A stretch of DNA of 64,000 nucleotides from Thiotrichaceae bacterium UBA7357 (GTDB lineage Bacteria; Pseudomonadota; Gammaproteobacteria; Eutrophobiales; Eutrophobiaceae). Both the position numbers and the translations under genes were made by a program. The stretch's first letter is position 1. The number at the start of each line of letters is the position of its first letter. The stretch is from positions 5,015-69,014 of the forward strand of contig DKOR01000017.1 of the NCBI GenBank assembly GCA_002470825.1. The letters run 5' to 3'. The notes under the pieces are model-generated. The model was not told the origin of the DNA. It saw nothing but the letters and a program-made list of their open reading frames with translations, and ran no database searches. Below, one piece after another: positions 8,283-21,211 of this stretch.

Positions 8283-11200
8283 TTAAATTCGTCTAATATT
8301 ATAATCTATTTTGATGTTCTCTTTCCCAATTGATTCTGATAATTCATCTAATAAATCATCATTTATTGTTAAACGCCATTTTTCTCCAAGATTTAGATTT
8401 GCAATAGCATCTTTATTATCATATTGAATAGACACTTCAGAGCTTCCATTCCTAAACGGTGTTATAGTTTTCTTTAAATCTTCAATACCACCATTTTTAA
8501 GATAATCGTATTTTATATTCAAAATAAGATTTCCATTTTTTTTTCTGATATCATCAAGACTGTATATTTCATTCGCACGAATAGATATACCACTCTCAAT
8601 ATAATCATCTTCAATAGCCTTACCTTTTATGATGACTAATTGATCCTTAACAAGCAAATGCCGAAACTTTAAAAACTCATCTGAATAGACGTTAACTAAT
8701 ACCCGAGCTGTCCTGTCATCTAATTTAATCTCTGCCATACGTCCTCTACTACCCGTGCGGGTTCGTATACTCATAATATACCCAGCAACAATTACACTTC
8801 CAAACTTAAATGAATTCAATTTTGATGTTATCACTCCTTTTAATTCAGCTTCGTATCGATTAATAGGATGACCTTTTAAATAAAAACCTAAAGTATCTTT
8901 TTCCCCAGTCAATCTTTCTTTTTCTGTCCAGTCTATGGCATTATCATACATAGATTTATTTTCAGTCTTATTTTTATTTTCCACATTCAAACCAAACATA
9001 TCATTTTGTCCGCTTGTACTATTTTGGCTATGCTGTTCTGCTAATGATATAGCTTTTCCCAAATTGTGTACCAGAGTACTTCTAGTTGCACCTAATTCGT
9101 CCATCGATCCAGAACGTATTAAAGCATCTATCACACGTCGATTAGCTTTTCGCAGATCTACTCGTTTGCAAAGATCAAATAAGTCTGAGTAATGACCGCC
9201 ATTTTCTCTTTCGTTTATTATAATTACAATCGCTGACTCACCAACACCTTTAACAGCACCTAACCCATAACAAATAGTTGTATCATCGACTACTGTAAAG
9301 CTATATTCACTTTTATTTACTGATGGTGGCAAAATCTTTACCTTTAGCCGTCTAACTTCCTCCAAAAAAGCAACAACCTTTTCCGTATTGTCCATATCGG
9401 AAGATAATACTGCGGCCATAAATGCAGCAGGATAATGAGCTTTTAACCATGCAGTTTGATAGGCAACTAAAGCATATGCTGCAGAATGTGACTTATTAAA
9501 TCCATAACCAGCAAATTTTTCCATCAAATCAAAAATCATTGTCGCCTGTCTTTTTTTAATTCCTCGATCAACTGCACCATCAGTGAATATTGTTCGCTGT
9601 TTTGCCATCTCCTCTGGTTTTTTCTTTCCCATTGCACGCCGTAACAAATCTGCAGCACCCAGTGTGTAACCTGCTAATACTTGTGCAATTTGCATTACTT
9701 GCTCTTGATAAAGTATGACACCATAAGTTGTTTTTAATGCTGGCTCCAAATCGTCATGCATATACTTCCATAACCTACCATGTTTTCTATCAACAAAATC
9801 ATCGACCATTCCTGATTGTAAAGGTCCCGGCCTAAACAAAGCAACGAGTGCTATCAAGTCATCAAAAACATCTGGCTTAAGTCGCTTTATTAACTTTTTC
9901 ATTCCATCTGATTCTAATTGAAAAATAGCTGTCGTATCCATCCTTTGAATCAGTTCATACGTAGACGGGTCATCAAGTGGAATTTTTTGTATATTAATTG
10001 GTTCCTTATTCTCTGCTGACCTTATAAAATTTATATCGCGTAGCGCCCAATTGATAATAGTTAATGTCCTAAGTCCTAGAAAATCAAATTTGACTAAACC
10101 TATAGACTCAACATCACCCATATCAAATTGAGTAACCGTTGCTTTTGAATCTTGCTCACAGTATAAAGGCATATATTCATATAAAGGCTCAGGAGCTATA
10201 ACTAGACCACCAGCATGTCGCCCAGCATTTCTAATCAGGCCTTCAAGCTTCTGTGCCAAATTCAGTAATGTCCTCACATCTTCTTCACTCTTATAACGTT
10301 TTCGTAACACTTTTTCTTCTAATAAGGCTCTATCAAGAGTCATATTCAAATCAAATGGTATTAACTTTGCAAGCTGGTCTACAAAACTATAAGGGAACCC
10401 AAGTACTCTTCCAACATCTCTTACTACGGCCTTTGCCGCCATAGTACCGTATGTAATTATTTGTGAGACATGTTCCCGTCCATATTTCCGAGCAACATAA
10501 TCAATAACTTCATCTCTACGATCCATACAAAAATCAATATCGAAATCTGGTAATGAGACTCGTTCTGGATTTAGAAAACGTTCAAATAGCAAGTCATATT
10601 CAAGGGGATCTAACTCCGTAATATCTAAAGCATAGGCCACTAGTGAACCTGCACCCGAACCACGTCCAGGTCCTACCGGTATATCACTCTCTTTGGCCCA
10701 ACGAATAAAATCAGCAACTATAAGGAAATATCCAGAAAAACCCATCCCGGTAATAACATCGACTTCACGTTGTAATCTTACAGAATATTCTTCATTTTTT
10801 GACTTAGAGAAATTATTAGATTCTCTAAGAATTTTCTGCAAACCATTTTTTGCATCCTTAATAAGTCTTTGGTCCTCTGTCTCGCCTGAATTAACAGGAA
10901 AGTGAGGTAAAAAATATTCTCCTAAAGTAAACTCAATATTGCATCGTTGCGCTATTTTGATGGTGTTTTCAAGCGCCTCAGGTATGTCTGAGAATAGCTT
11001 CTGCATTTCTTCATATGTTCGAAGATATTGTTGAGTAGTATGTTGTTTGACGCGTCTTGGATCATTTAATGTATACCCTTCTTGTATACACACACGTGCT
11101 TCGTGTGCTTCAAAGTCATCTTTTTTTATAAAACACACATTATTAGCGGCAACAAGAGGAACATTAAATTTTTCAGCATATTTTATAGCTTCACGCATAT

Positions 11201-11729
11201 AGTCTTCTTGATTCTTTCTACCGATTCTTTGCAATTCAAAATAATATCTATCTGGAAAAACTGTCAACCATTTTTCTATATTATTTTCTATCTTTGCTGT
11301 ATCTTGAAGTAAAGTTGAATTTGAAAAATCACCACTATCCGCACAATCTATAACAATAAGTCCATCGTTATGATTTTTCAGCCACTCAAATTTTATTAAT
11401 GGATTCCCACGAAATTGTCCCTCAGTAAAACTTTTCGTTATCAGTCTAGATAGATTTTTGAAACCTTCAATATGCTGACAGAGAAGAATGATGTTTGAAG
11501 GGTCACTTGGACTATTACTCACGATTTTTATTTGTGCACCTATTATCGGTTTAACACCAACTTTATGCATTGCACGATAAAATTTTACTGCTGAAAAAGT
11601 GTTTCCCTGCTCCGTAACGGCAACTGCAGGCATGTTAATATCTGCAGCCTTGGCAGCTAAAGTATCAACCTTGATTAAGCCATCAATAAGTGAATATTCA
11701 GTATGTAGATGTAAATGAACAAAGCTCAT
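8283..11729 (-). CDS. dnaE: DNA polymerase III alpha subunit
   Basis: PHP motif HLHLHTEYS; [17 protein letters not shown] and FNKSH motifs. Confidence 0.98.
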   Translation of the reverse strand: MSFVHLHLHTEYSLIDGLIKVDTLAAKAADINMPAVAVTEQGNTFSAVKFYRAMHKVGVKPIIGAQIKIVSNSPSDPSNIILLCQHIEGFKNLSRLITKSFTEGQFRGNPLIKFEWLKNHNDGLIVIDCADSGDFSNSTLLQDTAKIENNIEKWLTVFPDRYYFELQRIGRKNQEDYMREAIKYAEKFNVPLVAANNVCFIKKDDFEAHEARVCIQEGYTLNDPRRVKQHTTQQYLRTYEEMQKLFSDIPEALENTIKIAQRCNIEFTLGEYFLPHFPVNSGETEDQRLIKDAKNGLQKILRESNNFSKSKNEEYSVRLQREVDVITGMGFSGYFLIVADFIRWAKESDIPVGPGRGSGAGSLVAYALDITELDPLEYDLLFERFLNPERVSLPDFDIDFCMDRRDEVIDYVARKYGREHVSQIITYGTMAAKAVVRDVGRVLGFPYSFVDQLAKLIPFDLNMTLDRALLEEKVLRKRYKSEEDVRTLLNLAQKLEGLIRNAGRHAGGLVIAPEPLYEYMPLYCEQDSKATVTQFDMGDVESIGLVKFDFLGLRTLTIINWALRDINFIRSAENKEPINIQKIPLDDPSTYELIQRMDTTAIFQLESDGMKKLIKRLKPDVFDDLIALVALFRPGPLQSGMVDDFVDRKHGRLWKYMHDDLEPALKTTYGVILYQEQVMQIAQVLAGYTLGAADLLRRAMGKKKPEEMAKQRTIFTDGAVDRGIKKRQATMIFDLMEKFAGYGFNKSHSAAYALVAYQTAWLKAHYPAAFMAAVLSSDMDNTEKVVAFLEEVRRLKVKILPPSVNKSEYSFTVVDDTTICYGLGAVKGVGESAIVIIINERENGGHYSDLFDLCKRVDLRKANRRVIDALIRSGSMDELGATRSTLVHNLGKAISLAEQHSQNSTSGQNDMFGLNVENKNKTENKSMYDNAIDWTEKERLTGEKDTLGFYLKGHPINRYEAELKGVITSKLNSFKFGSVIVAGYIMSIRTRTGSRGRMAEIKLDDRTARVLVNVYSDEFLKFRHLLVKDQLVIIKGKAIEDDYIESGISIRANEIYSLDDIRKKNGNLILNIKYDYLKNGGIEDLKKTITPFRNGSSEVSIQYDNKDAIANLNLGEKWRLTINDDLLDELSESIGKENIKIDYNIRRI

Positions 11730-11741
11730 CGGAATGAAAAC

Positions 11742-12338
11742 CTATCGTATATATTTGGCTACTGGAGCGAAAGTACGACGATGTATTTTTGTCACACCTA
11801 ATCTTACTAAAGCTTCGACATGCTGCTTAGTAGGATATCCTTTATGCGATGAAAAACCATAGCCTGGATATTTATCATCAAACTTTACCATTTCATCATC
11901 TCTTGATACTTTAGCAATGATTGATGCCGCACTAATTGCAGGAATTAAGTTATCACCTTTAATAATGGCGATAGTTTTTAAATTGACTTTGGGTTTAAAG
12001 TTTCCGTCTACAACCACTAGCTTTGGTTTTTCATCTAATGCTTCAATAGCACGTTTCATAGCCAATAGACTCGCTTGCAGTATATTTATATTATCTATCT
12101 CTTCAACTTCTGCACGTCCCAATGACCAGGCCAAAGATTTAGATTTTATTAGTTCTGACAAAATCACCCTCTTTTTATGGCTCAGTTTCTTAGAATCTTT
12201 TAGGCCATTTATTTTAATCTTAGAATCTAATATGACAGCAGCAGCTACAACTGGTCCTGCAAGCGGTCCTCTGCCAACCTCATCAACGCCAGCTACCAAG
12301 TCGATGCTGTTAATGTAAGTATGATCGATCACTTTCAT
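11742..12338 (-). CDS. rnhB: Ribonuclease HII
   Basis: [20 protein letters not shown] and HKGYPT motifs. Start moved to the ATG at 12338 because the longer ORF start lies deep inside lpxB. Confidence 0.95.
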   Translation of the reverse strand: MKVIDHTYINSIDLVAGVDEVGRGPLAGPVVAAAVILDSKIKINGLKDSKKLSHKKRVILSELIKSKSLAWSLGRAEVEEIDNINILQASLLAMKRAIEALDEKPKLVVVDGNFKPKVNLKTIAIIKGDNLIPAISAASIIAKVSRDDEMVKFDDKYPGYGFSSHKGYPTKQHVEALVRLGVTKIHRRTFAPVAKYIR

Positions 12339-13473
12339 CACATTCAAGTAATTCGAGAATAGCATCAGCTGCTTGTATGTCAGGTTTCTTTTTAAGTTCT
12401 TCCGATAATTCAAAAAATTCGATTTTCATTTTTTCAACTCGTTCCTGAGACGTCAATAACTTGTTTAGTTCGAAAGACAATATTTCTGGTATGCACCTTG
12501 ATTGTAGACATTCAGGCACCAGCATCTTGCCAGCCAGAATATTTGGTAATGAGCAATAGGGAATTTTTGCTAACAACTTTACTATTAGATACGTTAAAAA
12601 GGAAAGTTTATAAGCAACAATCATTGGTTTTTTAAATAGCATTGCTTCCAAGGTTGCGGTACCCGAAGCGAGCATAATAAAATCTGCTGCTTGCATTACT
12701 TGATGAGTATTACCTATAGAAATATTGACATCAAGACCTGGCACAACTCTATGTTTTATTATTTTAAAATAATTTAGTGATTTTTCATCCACCAAACCAC
12801 TGATAAAGTATAAGTCTGGGTGGGTTTTTTGAGATAAGGCAGCTGCTTTTAATAAAGGACTAGCAATTCTTTTTATCTCAGTCAATCTACTACCGGGCAA
12901 AAGGGCGATGACCGTACTTTTTTGCGGAATATTTAAAGCTAATCTAGCTTTTGACATGTCTGGAGTGCTTGCTATTTTATTTGCTAGTGGATGACCTACA
13001 TACTTATTCGGGATATTATATTTGTTATAGATAGCCGTTTCGAACGGGAAAAGATTCAACACTAAATCAGCCGCCTTACCAATTGCCTTTACTCTATATT
13101 CACGCCATGCCCATACAGAGGGACTTACATAATGTACAGTTTTTATACCCGCCTTACGTAATTTTTTTTCGAGCCAAAGATTAAAGTCTGGAGCATCTAT
13201 ACCAATGAACACGTCTGGTGGATTTTCAATGAAATATTTTAATATATTATTTCTAATTCTTCTTAGTTCAAAATATCGTTCCGCCACTTCAGTAAATCCC
13301 ATTACTGATAATCGCTCCATGGGGTATAACACCTTCATTCCCATTTTGACGAGTTGTACTCCACCAACACCCTCTAATAATAGTGTTTCATTCTTCTTTC
13401 TTAGTTCTTTAATCAGGCCTCCACCGAGCATATCGCCTGATGTTTCTCCTGCGACAATCCCAATACGAACCAT
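12310..13473 (-). CDS. lpxB: Lipid-A-disaccharide synthase
   Basis: [24 protein letters not shown] and LLPGSR motifs. Confidence 0.97.
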   Translation of the reverse strand: MVRIGIVAGETSGDMLGGGLIKELRKKNETLLLEGVGGVQLVKMGMKVLYPMERLSVMGFTEVAERYFELRRIRNNILKYFIENPPDVFIGIDAPDFNLWLEKKLRKAGIKTVHYVSPSVWAWREYRVKAIGKAADLVLNLFPFETAIYNKYNIPNKYVGHPLANKIASTPDMSKARLALNIPQKSTVIALLPGSRLTEIKRIASPLLKAAALSQKTHPDLYFISGLVDEKSLNYFKIIKHRVVPGLDVNISIGNTHQVMQAADFIMLASGTATLEAMLFKKPMIVAYKLSFLTYLIVKLLAKIPYCSLPNILAGKMLVPECLQSRCIPEILSFELNKLLTSQERVEKMKIEFFELSEELKKKPDIQAADAILELLECDESDRSYLH

Positions 13474-13509
13474 TAAATCACTTTGATGCAGCTAGTATGG
13501 AGGACAACT

Positions 13510-14283
13510 TCATCTAACGATCCCACGATCAGAGCAGGCAATAAATGAACGCATAATTTCTACTTTATCCGACTCAGCAGTTAGATCTGACAAGACATTT
13601 AAGGCGTCTTTGAGTGACCGCCCATCACGATAAATTGCTTTATACGCCTTTCGTAGAATATTGATAGTTGCAGAATTGAACCCATGCCTCTTCAAGCCTT
13701 CTCGATTTAAGCCAGAGGGTCTGGCTGAATTACCCGAGACTAATACATAGGGTGGGACATCTTTTAAAATCACGGATGAAAAAGCAGAGAAACTGTAGCT
13801 TCCAACGCGACAATACTGATGTACTACTGTAAGTGCCCCAAGAATAACGAAATCCTCGATCACCACATGACCAGCTATACTCGCATTATTAGCAAAAACA
13901 GTATTGTTACCGACAAAACAGTCATGTGCTATGTGTGCATAAGCCATAATCCAGTTATTATCGCCAATAATTGTCTTACCACCACCTTCGTCTGTGCCAC
14001 GGTTTATTGAAACATATTCACGAATGATATTCCCAGCACCTATCTCCAATATCGAATTTTTTTCTTTCTTGAATTTTTTATCTTGTGGATCTTCACCAAT
14101 AGAACAAAAATGAAATATCTTATTATTTGGTCCAATTGTTGTGGGTCCGTTGATAACTACATGAGATCCTATAACGGAGCCTGTTCCTATCGATACATTT
14201 GCTCCAATGATGGAATACGCACCGACCTTTACATCGGACTCGAGAATAGCATCTGAATGAACAATGGCAGTAGCATCTATCAT
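13510..14283 (-). CDS. lpxA: UDP-N-acetylglucosamine acyltransferase
   Basis: Hexapeptide repeats; PQDKK, HIAHDC and VHQ motifs. Confidence 0.96.
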   Translation of the reverse strand: MIDATAIVHSDAILESDVKVGAYSIIGANVSIGTGSVIGSHVVINGPTTIGPNNKIFHFCSIGEDPQDKKFKKEKNSILEIGAGNIIREYVSINRGTDEGGGKTIIGDNNWIMAYAHIAHDCFVGNNTVFANNASIAGHVVIEDFVILGALTVVHQYCRVGSYSFSAFSSVILKDVPPYVLVSGNSARPSGLNREGLKRHGFNSATINILRKAYKAIYRDGRSLKDALNVLSDLTAESDKVEIMRSFIACSDRGIVR

Positions 14284-14287
14284 AAAG

Positions 14288-14722
14288 TTATGTGATTACT
14301 GTTGTTAGTAACTCTGCTGATGTTATTAATTGTGAATCTACGTAAGCAGAACCATTGAATTTAAAAATATTTCGCCTTACTGAAATCAGCTTCACATCCA
14401 ATATTAATTGGTCACCAGGCACTACTGGTTTTCTAATACGAACTTTATCAACACCGACTAAGTAGAATAAGCTATCCTCAGAGATCCCTTCTTCTAATCC
14501 TAATAACCCGAGTAATCCTGCAGCTTGAGTCAACGCTTCAATAATTAATACTCCTGGCATAACAGCTTTAGCTGGAAAATGTCCCTGGAAAGAAGGTTCA
14601 TTAATCGAGACATTTTTTAATGCTTTAATACTTTTACCTTTTTCAACTTCGATCACACGATCTATCAACAAGAATGGATATCGATGAGGTAATAATGTTT
14701 TTATCTTTTCTATATCAATCAT
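14288..14722 (-). CDS. fabZ: 3-hydroxyacyl-ACP dehydratase
   Basis: LPHRYPFLLIDR and GHFP...MPGVLIIEA motifs. Confidence 0.97.
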   Translation of the reverse strand: MIDIEKIKTLLPHRYPFLLIDRVIEVEKGKSIKALKNVSINEPSFQGHFPAKAVMPGVLIIEALTQAAGLLGLLGLEEGISEDSLFYLVGVDKVRIRKPVVPGDQLILDVKLISVRRNIFKFNGSAYVDSQLITSAELLTTVIT

Positions 14723-14753
14723 GTTAGGGATATCTTGTATATAAATTTCATAT

Positions 14754-15758
14754 TTAATCTAATTTAAGCATTATATTTTTTATGATCTTATCCAAACTTT
14801 TAAAACGTATAACATTTCTTTTGTAAGTTTTATTATCTGTGATTGGAATGCCTGAAGAGTAGACTCCTGGGACTTTAATTGTGTTTGCTACCCCAGACAT
14901 ACCAGTGATGATGACGTCGTCTGTAACTTCGATATGCCCACTGATATTACTCGCACCTCCAATCTGGCATCTTTTTCCTATGCGTGCACTTCCTGCTATC
15001 CCCACACATGCGGCGATGGCTGTGTTTTCTCCTATATATACGTTATGTCCTATTTGAATTTGATTATCTATTTTTACACCATCACAAACAACAGTATTTT
15101 CTATTACACCCCTATCTATAGTTGAATTTGCACCTACTTCCACATCATCACCAAGAGTAACAGAACCGATATGTGGAATTTTCAACCATTCTTCATCATC
15201 GAGAGCAAAGCCGAATCCATCTGCACCAATAACAACTCCTGGATGCAAGACAACATTTTTTCCAATAACCACGTCATGCAAAATCGTTACATTTGCATAT
15301 AATGTTGCGTTTTCACCAACACTCGCATTGTCTCCAATCACACAACCTGGCCCAATATATGTCTCAGCACCAATTATAACATTGTCACCAACAACTACAT
15401 TTGCCGAGATGGTGGAGGTATCGTCAATATTGCATTTTTGACCTATTACTGCACTCTCATCTATATTTCCATTATAGCGTTTCATCGGATAAAGATGGTT
15501 GACTATTTTTGCATAGACTAAGTACGGATTATCACTTACCAAGGCATTTGTAGGGCAGTTATTTGAATCGTCATCTGATAGAACGACCGCGGAAGCTTTC
15601 GTTTGTGATAGCAAATGAGTGTAACGACGATTTGATAAAAATGTTATTTCGCCACTTTTTGCTAAACTCAATGTATTGACATTTTTAATCACACATTCAG
15701 GATTACCAACCAAGCTTGCTCCGCTTACCTTTGATAATTCCGCAAGAGTGGCAGACAT
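14754..15758 (-). CDS. lpxD: UDP-3-O-acylglucosamine N-acyltransferase
   Basis: Hexapeptide repeats; GADGFGF, TIDRG and KIDNQIQIGHN motifs. Confidence 0.96.
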   Translation of the reverse strand: MSATLAELSKVSGASLVGNPECVIKNVNTLSLAKSGEITFLSNRRYTHLLSQTKASAVVLSDDDSNNCPTNALVSDNPYLVYAKIVNHLYPMKRYNGNIDESAVIGQKCNIDDTSTISANVVVGDNVIIGAETYIGPGCVIGDNASVGENATLYANVTILHDVVIGKNVVLHPGVVIGADGFGFALDDEEWLKIPHIGSVTLGDDVEVGANSTIDRGVIENTVVCDGVKIDNQIQIGHNVYIGENTAIAACVGIAGSARIGKRCQIGGASNISGHIEVTDDVIITGMSGVANTIKVPGVYSSGIPITDNKTYKRNVIRFKSLDKIIKNIMLKLD

Positions 15759-15781
15759 ATGTCGTTACTCACTATTTAATT

Positions 15782-16312
15782 TTATTCAGCGACGCTGTTA
15801 CCTTCTTTTTTTAGATAATCGATTACCATCCCGCTTATGTCAACTTTCGGGCTGGCAAACACCACACCTTCACCTAAAATCACGTCATAGTTATTTTCTT
15901 TTGCTATTTTTTGTATTGCCACAACAACACGTTTTTGTATCTTACCTAATTCTTCATTACGTCGAAATTGAATATCTTCTCTGAACTCATCCTGATTCCG
16001 TTTAAGATCACGTTTTTGTGCAACGAGTGTTCTTTCTATTTTTCCAAGTTCTTGTTCACTCATAATAGCTCGATCTTTATTAAACTTATCTTCAAGAGCT
16101 TTAATCTTTTTTTGCGATGCTACCAATTCTTTATCCCGAGGAGAAAATTCTTTTTCTAACATTCTTATAGCTGATTCAGCTTGAGGTGACTCTTGCAAAA
16201 TTCTATTTGCATTTACAGCTCCTATTTTATAGATCTCTTCTGCGTATAGATAAGATGATGTAAATGCCAACATAGCGACTGTTTTAACAAGTGATTTAAA
16301 CAAGGTATTCAT
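15782..16312 (-). CDS. skp: Periplasmic chaperone Skp/OmpH
   Basis: Signal peptide, KIGAVN, coiled-coil region and C-terminal VDIS; lies between bamA and lpxD. Confidence 0.93.
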   Translation of the reverse strand: MNTLFKSLVKTVAMLAFTSSYLYAEEIYKIGAVNANRILQESPQAESAIRMLEKEFSPRDKELVASQKKIKALEDKFNKDRAIMSEQELGKIERTLVAQKRDLKRNQDEFREDIQFRRNEELGKIQKRVVVAIQKIAKENNYDVILGEGVVFASPKVDISGMVIDYLKKEGNSVAE

Positions 16313-16333
16313 TAACTTTAAGCTCCAAAATTG

Positions 16334-18637
16334 CTAAAATGATGTTCCAAAAGTGAATTGGAAGTTTTGTACTCGATCTGTAGATTCATCTCCAAAAGGC
16401 TGTGCAAGACTAGCACTAACTGCACCAAATGGTGAAAGCCATATAGCACTTAATCCGGCGGAATAGCGCATATCGTCTATTGACACGTCATCATTGCTAC
16501 CAAATACATTACCCGCATCGAAAAATGTAGTCAGCCTGATTGATTTTTTATAAGCTGTTAGAAAAGGCACTGGTAAAATCACCTCGGCATTAACAAGGAT
16601 TCTGGTGTCACCACCTAGCGCTCTGTTAGTTGAATCTCTTGGACCCAGTGTGTTTTCTTCATAACCCCTGAGAGTCCGAGGTCCGCCAGCATAAAAATTT
16701 TCAAAGAAAGGTAATTCGTCTGAACTACCATACCCATCTCCATAACCAAACTTACCGCCTAGCGCCAATATAAAATCTTCGTTATATAGATCTTTGAACC
16801 ACTTACCTTCATAATTAATCTTATAGTACTCAAGAGAATCACCAAAACTTGGCATTGATATAGTTCCATTTATTCGTTGATAAACACCCTTGTCTGGCAA
16901 AATAGCCTTATTTCTTGTGTCATAAGCAAAATTCATTGAGAATTTTAGAATATCATACTGATTACCATTTTTAGTTATAAAGTCAGTAATCTGAATTGAG
17001 CTAATCGTTTGAGTAGAAATCTCCGTGTTTGCATATCCCAATGAGCCGGCTACTGTATTATGTTCGCTAACTGGAACAGATAAGCCAAATGATGCGCCAT
17101 ACTCTTTCGTTTCAAAAGCTGTCAAATTGGATTCTTCCGCATTTGTTTCTCGATAATAAACATCATATGCACTACCGATACCGTCGTCTGTGAAATAAGG
17201 ATTCATGTAGCCTAATGAATAACGTGTATTAACGTCACTATTATTAAACGCAAATTGAACACGGTTACCAGAGCCAAATATGTTATCTTGAGAAATTGTA
17301 GTGTTGAATATCAGACCCTGTGTCTGAGAGAAACCTACACCTGCGCCTAATTGTCCTCCCGAACGTTCCTCAACTGTATAATTAACATCAACCTGATCAG
17401 TAGTTCCTGCGACCGCAGGAGTTTCAACGTTAACTTCATCGAAGAAACCCGTTCTCATCAATCGCTGTTTGCCTCTTTGTACCTGTGTTGTTGAGATCCA
17501 AGCACCTTCCTGTTGACGCATTTCACGTCTTAGAACAGTATCTTTTGTTTTTGCATTTCCAGAAAAGTTAATACGCCTAACATAGACACGTTTACCTGGG
17601 TCCACAAAAAACGTTAACGAGACCGTCTTATCTTCCTTATTAATTTCTGGTATCGAATTGACATTCGCGAATGAATAACCTTCTGTACCTAATTTTTCAG
17701 TAATCGATTTAGTACTATCAGTTATTTTTTTACGTGAAAAAAGATTTTCTGACTCTATGGTAATTAACTCAAATATATCTTTTTCCGGAAGTATGTATTG
17801 ACCAGCAAGTTTTACTTCCGTAACAGTATATTGCACACCTTCTGTTATATTAATGGCAATATAGATCCCCATCTTGTCGGGTGTTATTGAGACTTGTGTC
17901 GAATCGAGATTAAAATTTAGATAGCCATCGTCTAAATAAAATGATCGTAATGTTTCAAGATCTCCTGCTAATTTTTGCTTTGAGTACTGATCGTCGTTTG
18001 TGTAGAAAGATAATAAGCCTGTTGTACTAAGTTTAAATTCTTTTAATAATCTTTTCTCAGTAAAAATAGAGTTGCCGACAATATTTATCTTCTTGATCTT
18101 GGCAGCAAGCCCCTCCGAGACTTCGATGACTATGCTTACGCGATTATTATCGAGTTCAGTCACCGTAGAATTGATTTTGACCGCATATTTACCATTCGAA
18201 TAATATTGACGTTGCAATTCTGTCTTAACCTGATCCAATGTTGACTGAACAAACACTCTCCCTTCTGCAAATCCAAATTGCTTGAGGTTTTCCAACAAAT
18301 CATCTGTTGGTATATCCTCATTGCCCGACATAGAAATGGACCCGATAGATGGTCTTTCTTTTATTATGATCACAAGGTTGTTGCCATCTCTCTCTAGCTT
18401 TACATCATCAAAATAACCAGTCTTGAACAAGGCTTTTACCGCTTCTGATGAACGAGAGTCATCAAATATGTCACCTACTTTCATTGGTAGATAATTGAAC
18501 ACCGTTCCTGGTGAAATACGCTCCAAACCTTCGACGCGAATATCCTGAATTAAAAACTCTTGTGCTGCTTGTGGTTGCGCAAGTAATAATAGTGATAGCG
18601 TTAAAACACAAAGTACTTTGTTAATTATAAATTGCAT
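16334..18637 (-). CDS. bamA: Outer membrane protein assembly factor BamA
   Basis: POTRA repeats (IRVEGLERI), LRGY loop motif and C-terminal FQFTFGTSF. Confidence 0.97.
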   Translation of the reverse strand: MQFIINKVLCVLTLSLLLLAQPQAAQEFLIQDIRVEGLERISPGTVFNYLPMKVGDIFDDSRSSEAVKALFKTGYFDDVKLERDGNNLVIIIKERPSIGSISMSGNEDIPTDDLLENLKQFGFAEGRVFVQSTLDQVKTELQRQYYSNGKYAVKINSTVTELDNNRVSIVIEVSEGLAAKIKKINIVGNSIFTEKRLLKEFKLSTTGLLSFYTNDDQYSKQKLAGDLETLRSFYLDDGYLNFNLDSTQVSITPDKMGIYIAINITEGVQYTVTEVKLAGQYILPEKDIFELITIESENLFSRKKITDSTKSITEKLGTEGYSFANVNSIPEINKEDKTVSLTFFVDPGKRVYVRRINFSGNAKTKDTVLRREMRQQEGAWISTTQVQRGKQRLMRTGFFDEVNVETPAVAGTTDQVDVNYTVEERSGGQLGAGVGFSQTQGLIFNTTISQDNIFGSGNRVQFAFNNSDVNTRYSLGYMNPYFTDDGIGSAYDVYYRETNAEESNLTAFETKEYGASFGLSVPVSEHNTVAGSLGYANTEISTQTISSIQITDFITKNGNQYDILKFSMNFAYDTRNKAILPDKGVYQRINGTISMPSFGDSLEYYKINYEGKWFKDLYNEDFILALGGKFGYGDGYGSSDELPFFENFYAGGPRTLRGYEENTLGPRDSTNRALGGDTRILVNAEVILPVPFLTAYKKSIRLTTFFDAGNVFGSNDDVSIDDMRYSAGLSAIWLSPFGAVSASLAQPFGDESTDRVQNFQFTFGTSF

Positions 18638-18665
18638 ATGATTATTATTGTTTATTTTAAATTAT

Positions 18666-20033
18666 TTATCCTAATATGCGGATGATATCATTATAAAAAG
18701 CAATGCTCATTAGTCCTAACAACAAAACTATTCCTATCTTTTGTCCAAATATTTGTATCGCTTCAGAAACCGGTTTCCCTGTCAGCGCTTCTACGAGATA
18801 ATACATTAAGTGCCCACCATCCAATAGGGGCACGGGCAACAAATTAAGCACACCCAGACTGATGCTTACTATGGCCATAAAACTAAAAAATGCAAGCAGT
18901 CCTATTCCCGCAGATTGGCCTGCATATTGTGCAATACTAACCGGACCACTCAAGTTTTTCACCGAGGCATCACCCATCAACATTCTACCAAGTACTTGTA
19001 GAGTTAGCACTGACATTTCCCAAGTCTTTTTTATTGCCTTCAGGAGAGCATACTGTATCTTATAACTCTCTACTACGAAATAGGAATCAAATGAACCCTT
19101 AGCAACATACACTGCGGCGCCAATACGTCCAATAATCATCCCACCAGATTGAATACTATCTGGTATTAGTTCAATACTAACGGTGTTATCACTTCTCAGC
19201 AATTCGATGCTGATTTTTTTACCTGGGTTATTTCGTATAAACTCTACGCATTGAGTCCATGATTGAATTAATTTTCCATTAATAGTAATTATTTCATCAT
19301 ACTCAAGTAAACCACTTTTTTCAGCCGCACCACCTGGCAGTATTTTCCCAATAATAGCAGGGAGTTTTAACTCAATAACACTCAATCCTAGAGCCTCAAG
19401 TAATTTACCTTCTGCCATTTCATCTATTGAAATCTGGGACAAGTCTATTTCTACACCCCGTTTCAATCCATCCTTGTCAATTACAGCCAACTTAATAACA
19501 TCACGATTAACAGTGTGTTTAACCAACATATCAATGGCAGTAGCCCAAGTTAATGTTTCATTATCATTAATTGAAATTATCTGCTGACCAAATTTCAATC
19601 CGGCATTATCACTAATAGACATTGACTCAATTTCTCCAATGAAAGGTTTTAAGCCACTTACACCGGCAACAAATATTATCCAATAAGCAAACACAGCGAA
19701 GATAAAATTGAAAATAGGTCCTGCTGAGACGATAGCGAATCGCTGCCACAATGGTTTGAAATTAAATGATCGTGGTAATTCGTGTTCATCAACTTGACCT
19801 TCTCGCTCATCCAACATTTTCACATAACCACCTAAAGGTAGCGCAGCGATGACAAATTCAGTTTTATCCTGGCCTATTGTTTTTTTATACACCGTCCGAC
19901 CAAAACCTACTGAGAATCGTAAGATTTTCACATCAAAATATCTAGCCACCCAATAATGGCCAAACTCATGAAATGTGATTAATACACCGAGGGCAACAAT
20001 AAAGGCAGCGATTGATTGCAAAACGTCTATCAT
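18666..20033 (-). CDS. rseP: RIP metalloprotease RseP
   Basis: HEFGH, PDZ domains and [12 protein letters not shown] motif. Confidence 0.96.
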   Translation of the reverse strand: MIDVLQSIAAFIVALGVLITFHEFGHYWVARYFDVKILRFSVGFGRTVYKKTIGQDKTEFVIAALPLGGYVKMLDEREGQVDEHELPRSFNFKPLWQRFAIVSAGPIFNFIFAVFAYWIIFVAGVSGLKPFIGEIESMSISDNAGLKFGQQIISINDNETLTWATAIDMLVKHTVNRDVIKLAVIDKDGLKRGVEIDLSQISIDEMAEGKLLEALGLSVIELKLPAIIGKILPGGAAEKSGLLEYDEIITINGKLIQSWTQCVEFIRNNPGKKISIELLRSDNTVSIELIPDSIQSGGMIIGRIGAAVYVAKGSFDSYFVVESYKIQYALLKAIKKTWEMSVLTLQVLGRMLMGDASVKNLSGPVSIAQYAGQSAGIGLLAFFSFMAIVSISLGVLNLLPVPLLDGGHLMYYLVEALTGKPVSEAIQIFGQKIGIVLLLGLMSIAFYNDIIRILG

Positions 20034-21211
20034 GCGGCAAATTCATTTACAGTTGTCAGCGCTTCATCTCTTGCTGCTTGGTCATCACTAATAATGACAT
20101 CAAGAGAAGTAGCTTGGTGATACATCACATTTTCCAAAACTGTTTCAATAACACGTGCAATATCGGTAAATCGAAGTCGTTTGTGTAAGAATTCATCTAC
20201 TGCAACTTCATTAGCCGCATTTAATATAGCACTGGTCGTCCCTCCTTGTTCCATAGCTTCACGAGCTATCCTCAGACAAGGGAAACGCTGTTCATCTGGT
20301 TTTACAAAATCGAGCTGTGCAATCTCGAATAAATCAAGTCGTTCAACACCAGCATCAATTCTATTTGGCCAAGCTAATCCATATGCAATTGGTGTACGCA
20401 TGTCCGGATTGCCTAACTGTGCTAATACTGAACCATCAGTATATTCCACCAAGGAATGTATAACGCTTTGAGGATGAATAACTACTTGTATGGCTTTTGT
20501 CTGAGTATGAAACAGCCAGCATGCTTCAATGACTTCCAAACCTTTATTCATCATTGTCGCAGAATCAACCGATATTTTTCTTCCCATTATCCAGTTAGGA
20601 TGTGCACACGCTTGCTCTGGAGTCATTGTGGGAAGTTGTTCTAATGGTGTAGTTCGAAATGGCCCGCCTGACGCAGTAAGTAATATTTTCTTGATTCCCA
20701 ATTTTTTAATTCCACTACTAAAATCGACCGGCATACATTGAAAAATAGCATTATGCTCACTATCGATGGGTAATAATTCAGCATTATTCTCTCGAACAGT
20801 GTCCATGAATATTTGACCTGACATGACCAGTGCTTCTTTATTTGCAAGCAGCACCCGTTTCCCTGCTTTTGCAGCACCAAGCGTTGGTAATAACCCTGCC
20901 GCACCAACAATCGCAGCCATTACATAATCAACATCAAACAATGTCGCCACCTTGAGCAGGCCATCTACACCACTTAGAACTGTCACGTCTGGTGCTCTAT
21001 TTTTTAGCTCTTGTTCCAATAAGAATGCCGAATCATCATCGACCATGACAGCAAATTCTGGTTTATATTTAATACATTGTTCACTTAATTTATGCAGATT
21101 AACGTTTGCAGTCAATGCCTTAACTTTATATTTATCAGCGTGGCGCGAAATGACATTCAGCGTATTAACACCGATACTACCCGTGGAACCAAGAATTGTA
21201 ATACCTTTCAT
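20030..21211 (-). CDS. dxr: 1-deoxy-D-xylulose-5-phosphate reductoisomerase
   Basis: [19 protein letters not shown] and [17 protein letters not shown] motifs. Confidence 0.97.
   Translation of the reverse strand: MKGITILGSTGSIGVNTLNVISRHADKYKVKALTANVNLHKLSEQCIKYKPEFAVMVDDDSAFLLEQELKNRAPDVTVLSGVDGLLKVATLFDVDYVMAAIVGAAGLLPTLGAAKAGKRVLLANKEALVMSGQIFMDTVRENNAELLPIDSEHNAIFQCMPVDFSSGIKKLGIKKILLTASGGPFRTTPLEQLPTMTPEQACAHPNWIMGRKISVDSATMMNKGLEVIEACWLFHTQTKAIQVVIHPQSVIHSLVEYTDGSVLAQLGNPDMRTPIAYGLAWPNRIDAGVERLDLFEIAQLDFVKPDEQRFPCLRIAREAMEQGGTTSAILNAANEVAVDEFLHKRLRFTDIARVIETVLENVMYHQATSLDVIISDDQAARDEALTTVNEFAA

Noticed and set aside
12339-12413. N-terminal extension of RnhB in the ORF track
   Set aside because: It lies inside lpxB; the ATG at 12338 gives a normal-length RNase HII.
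13510-15758. Repetitive sequence in lpxA and lpxD
   Set aside because: These are the normal hexapeptide repeats of left-handed beta-helix acyltransferases, not DNA repeats.
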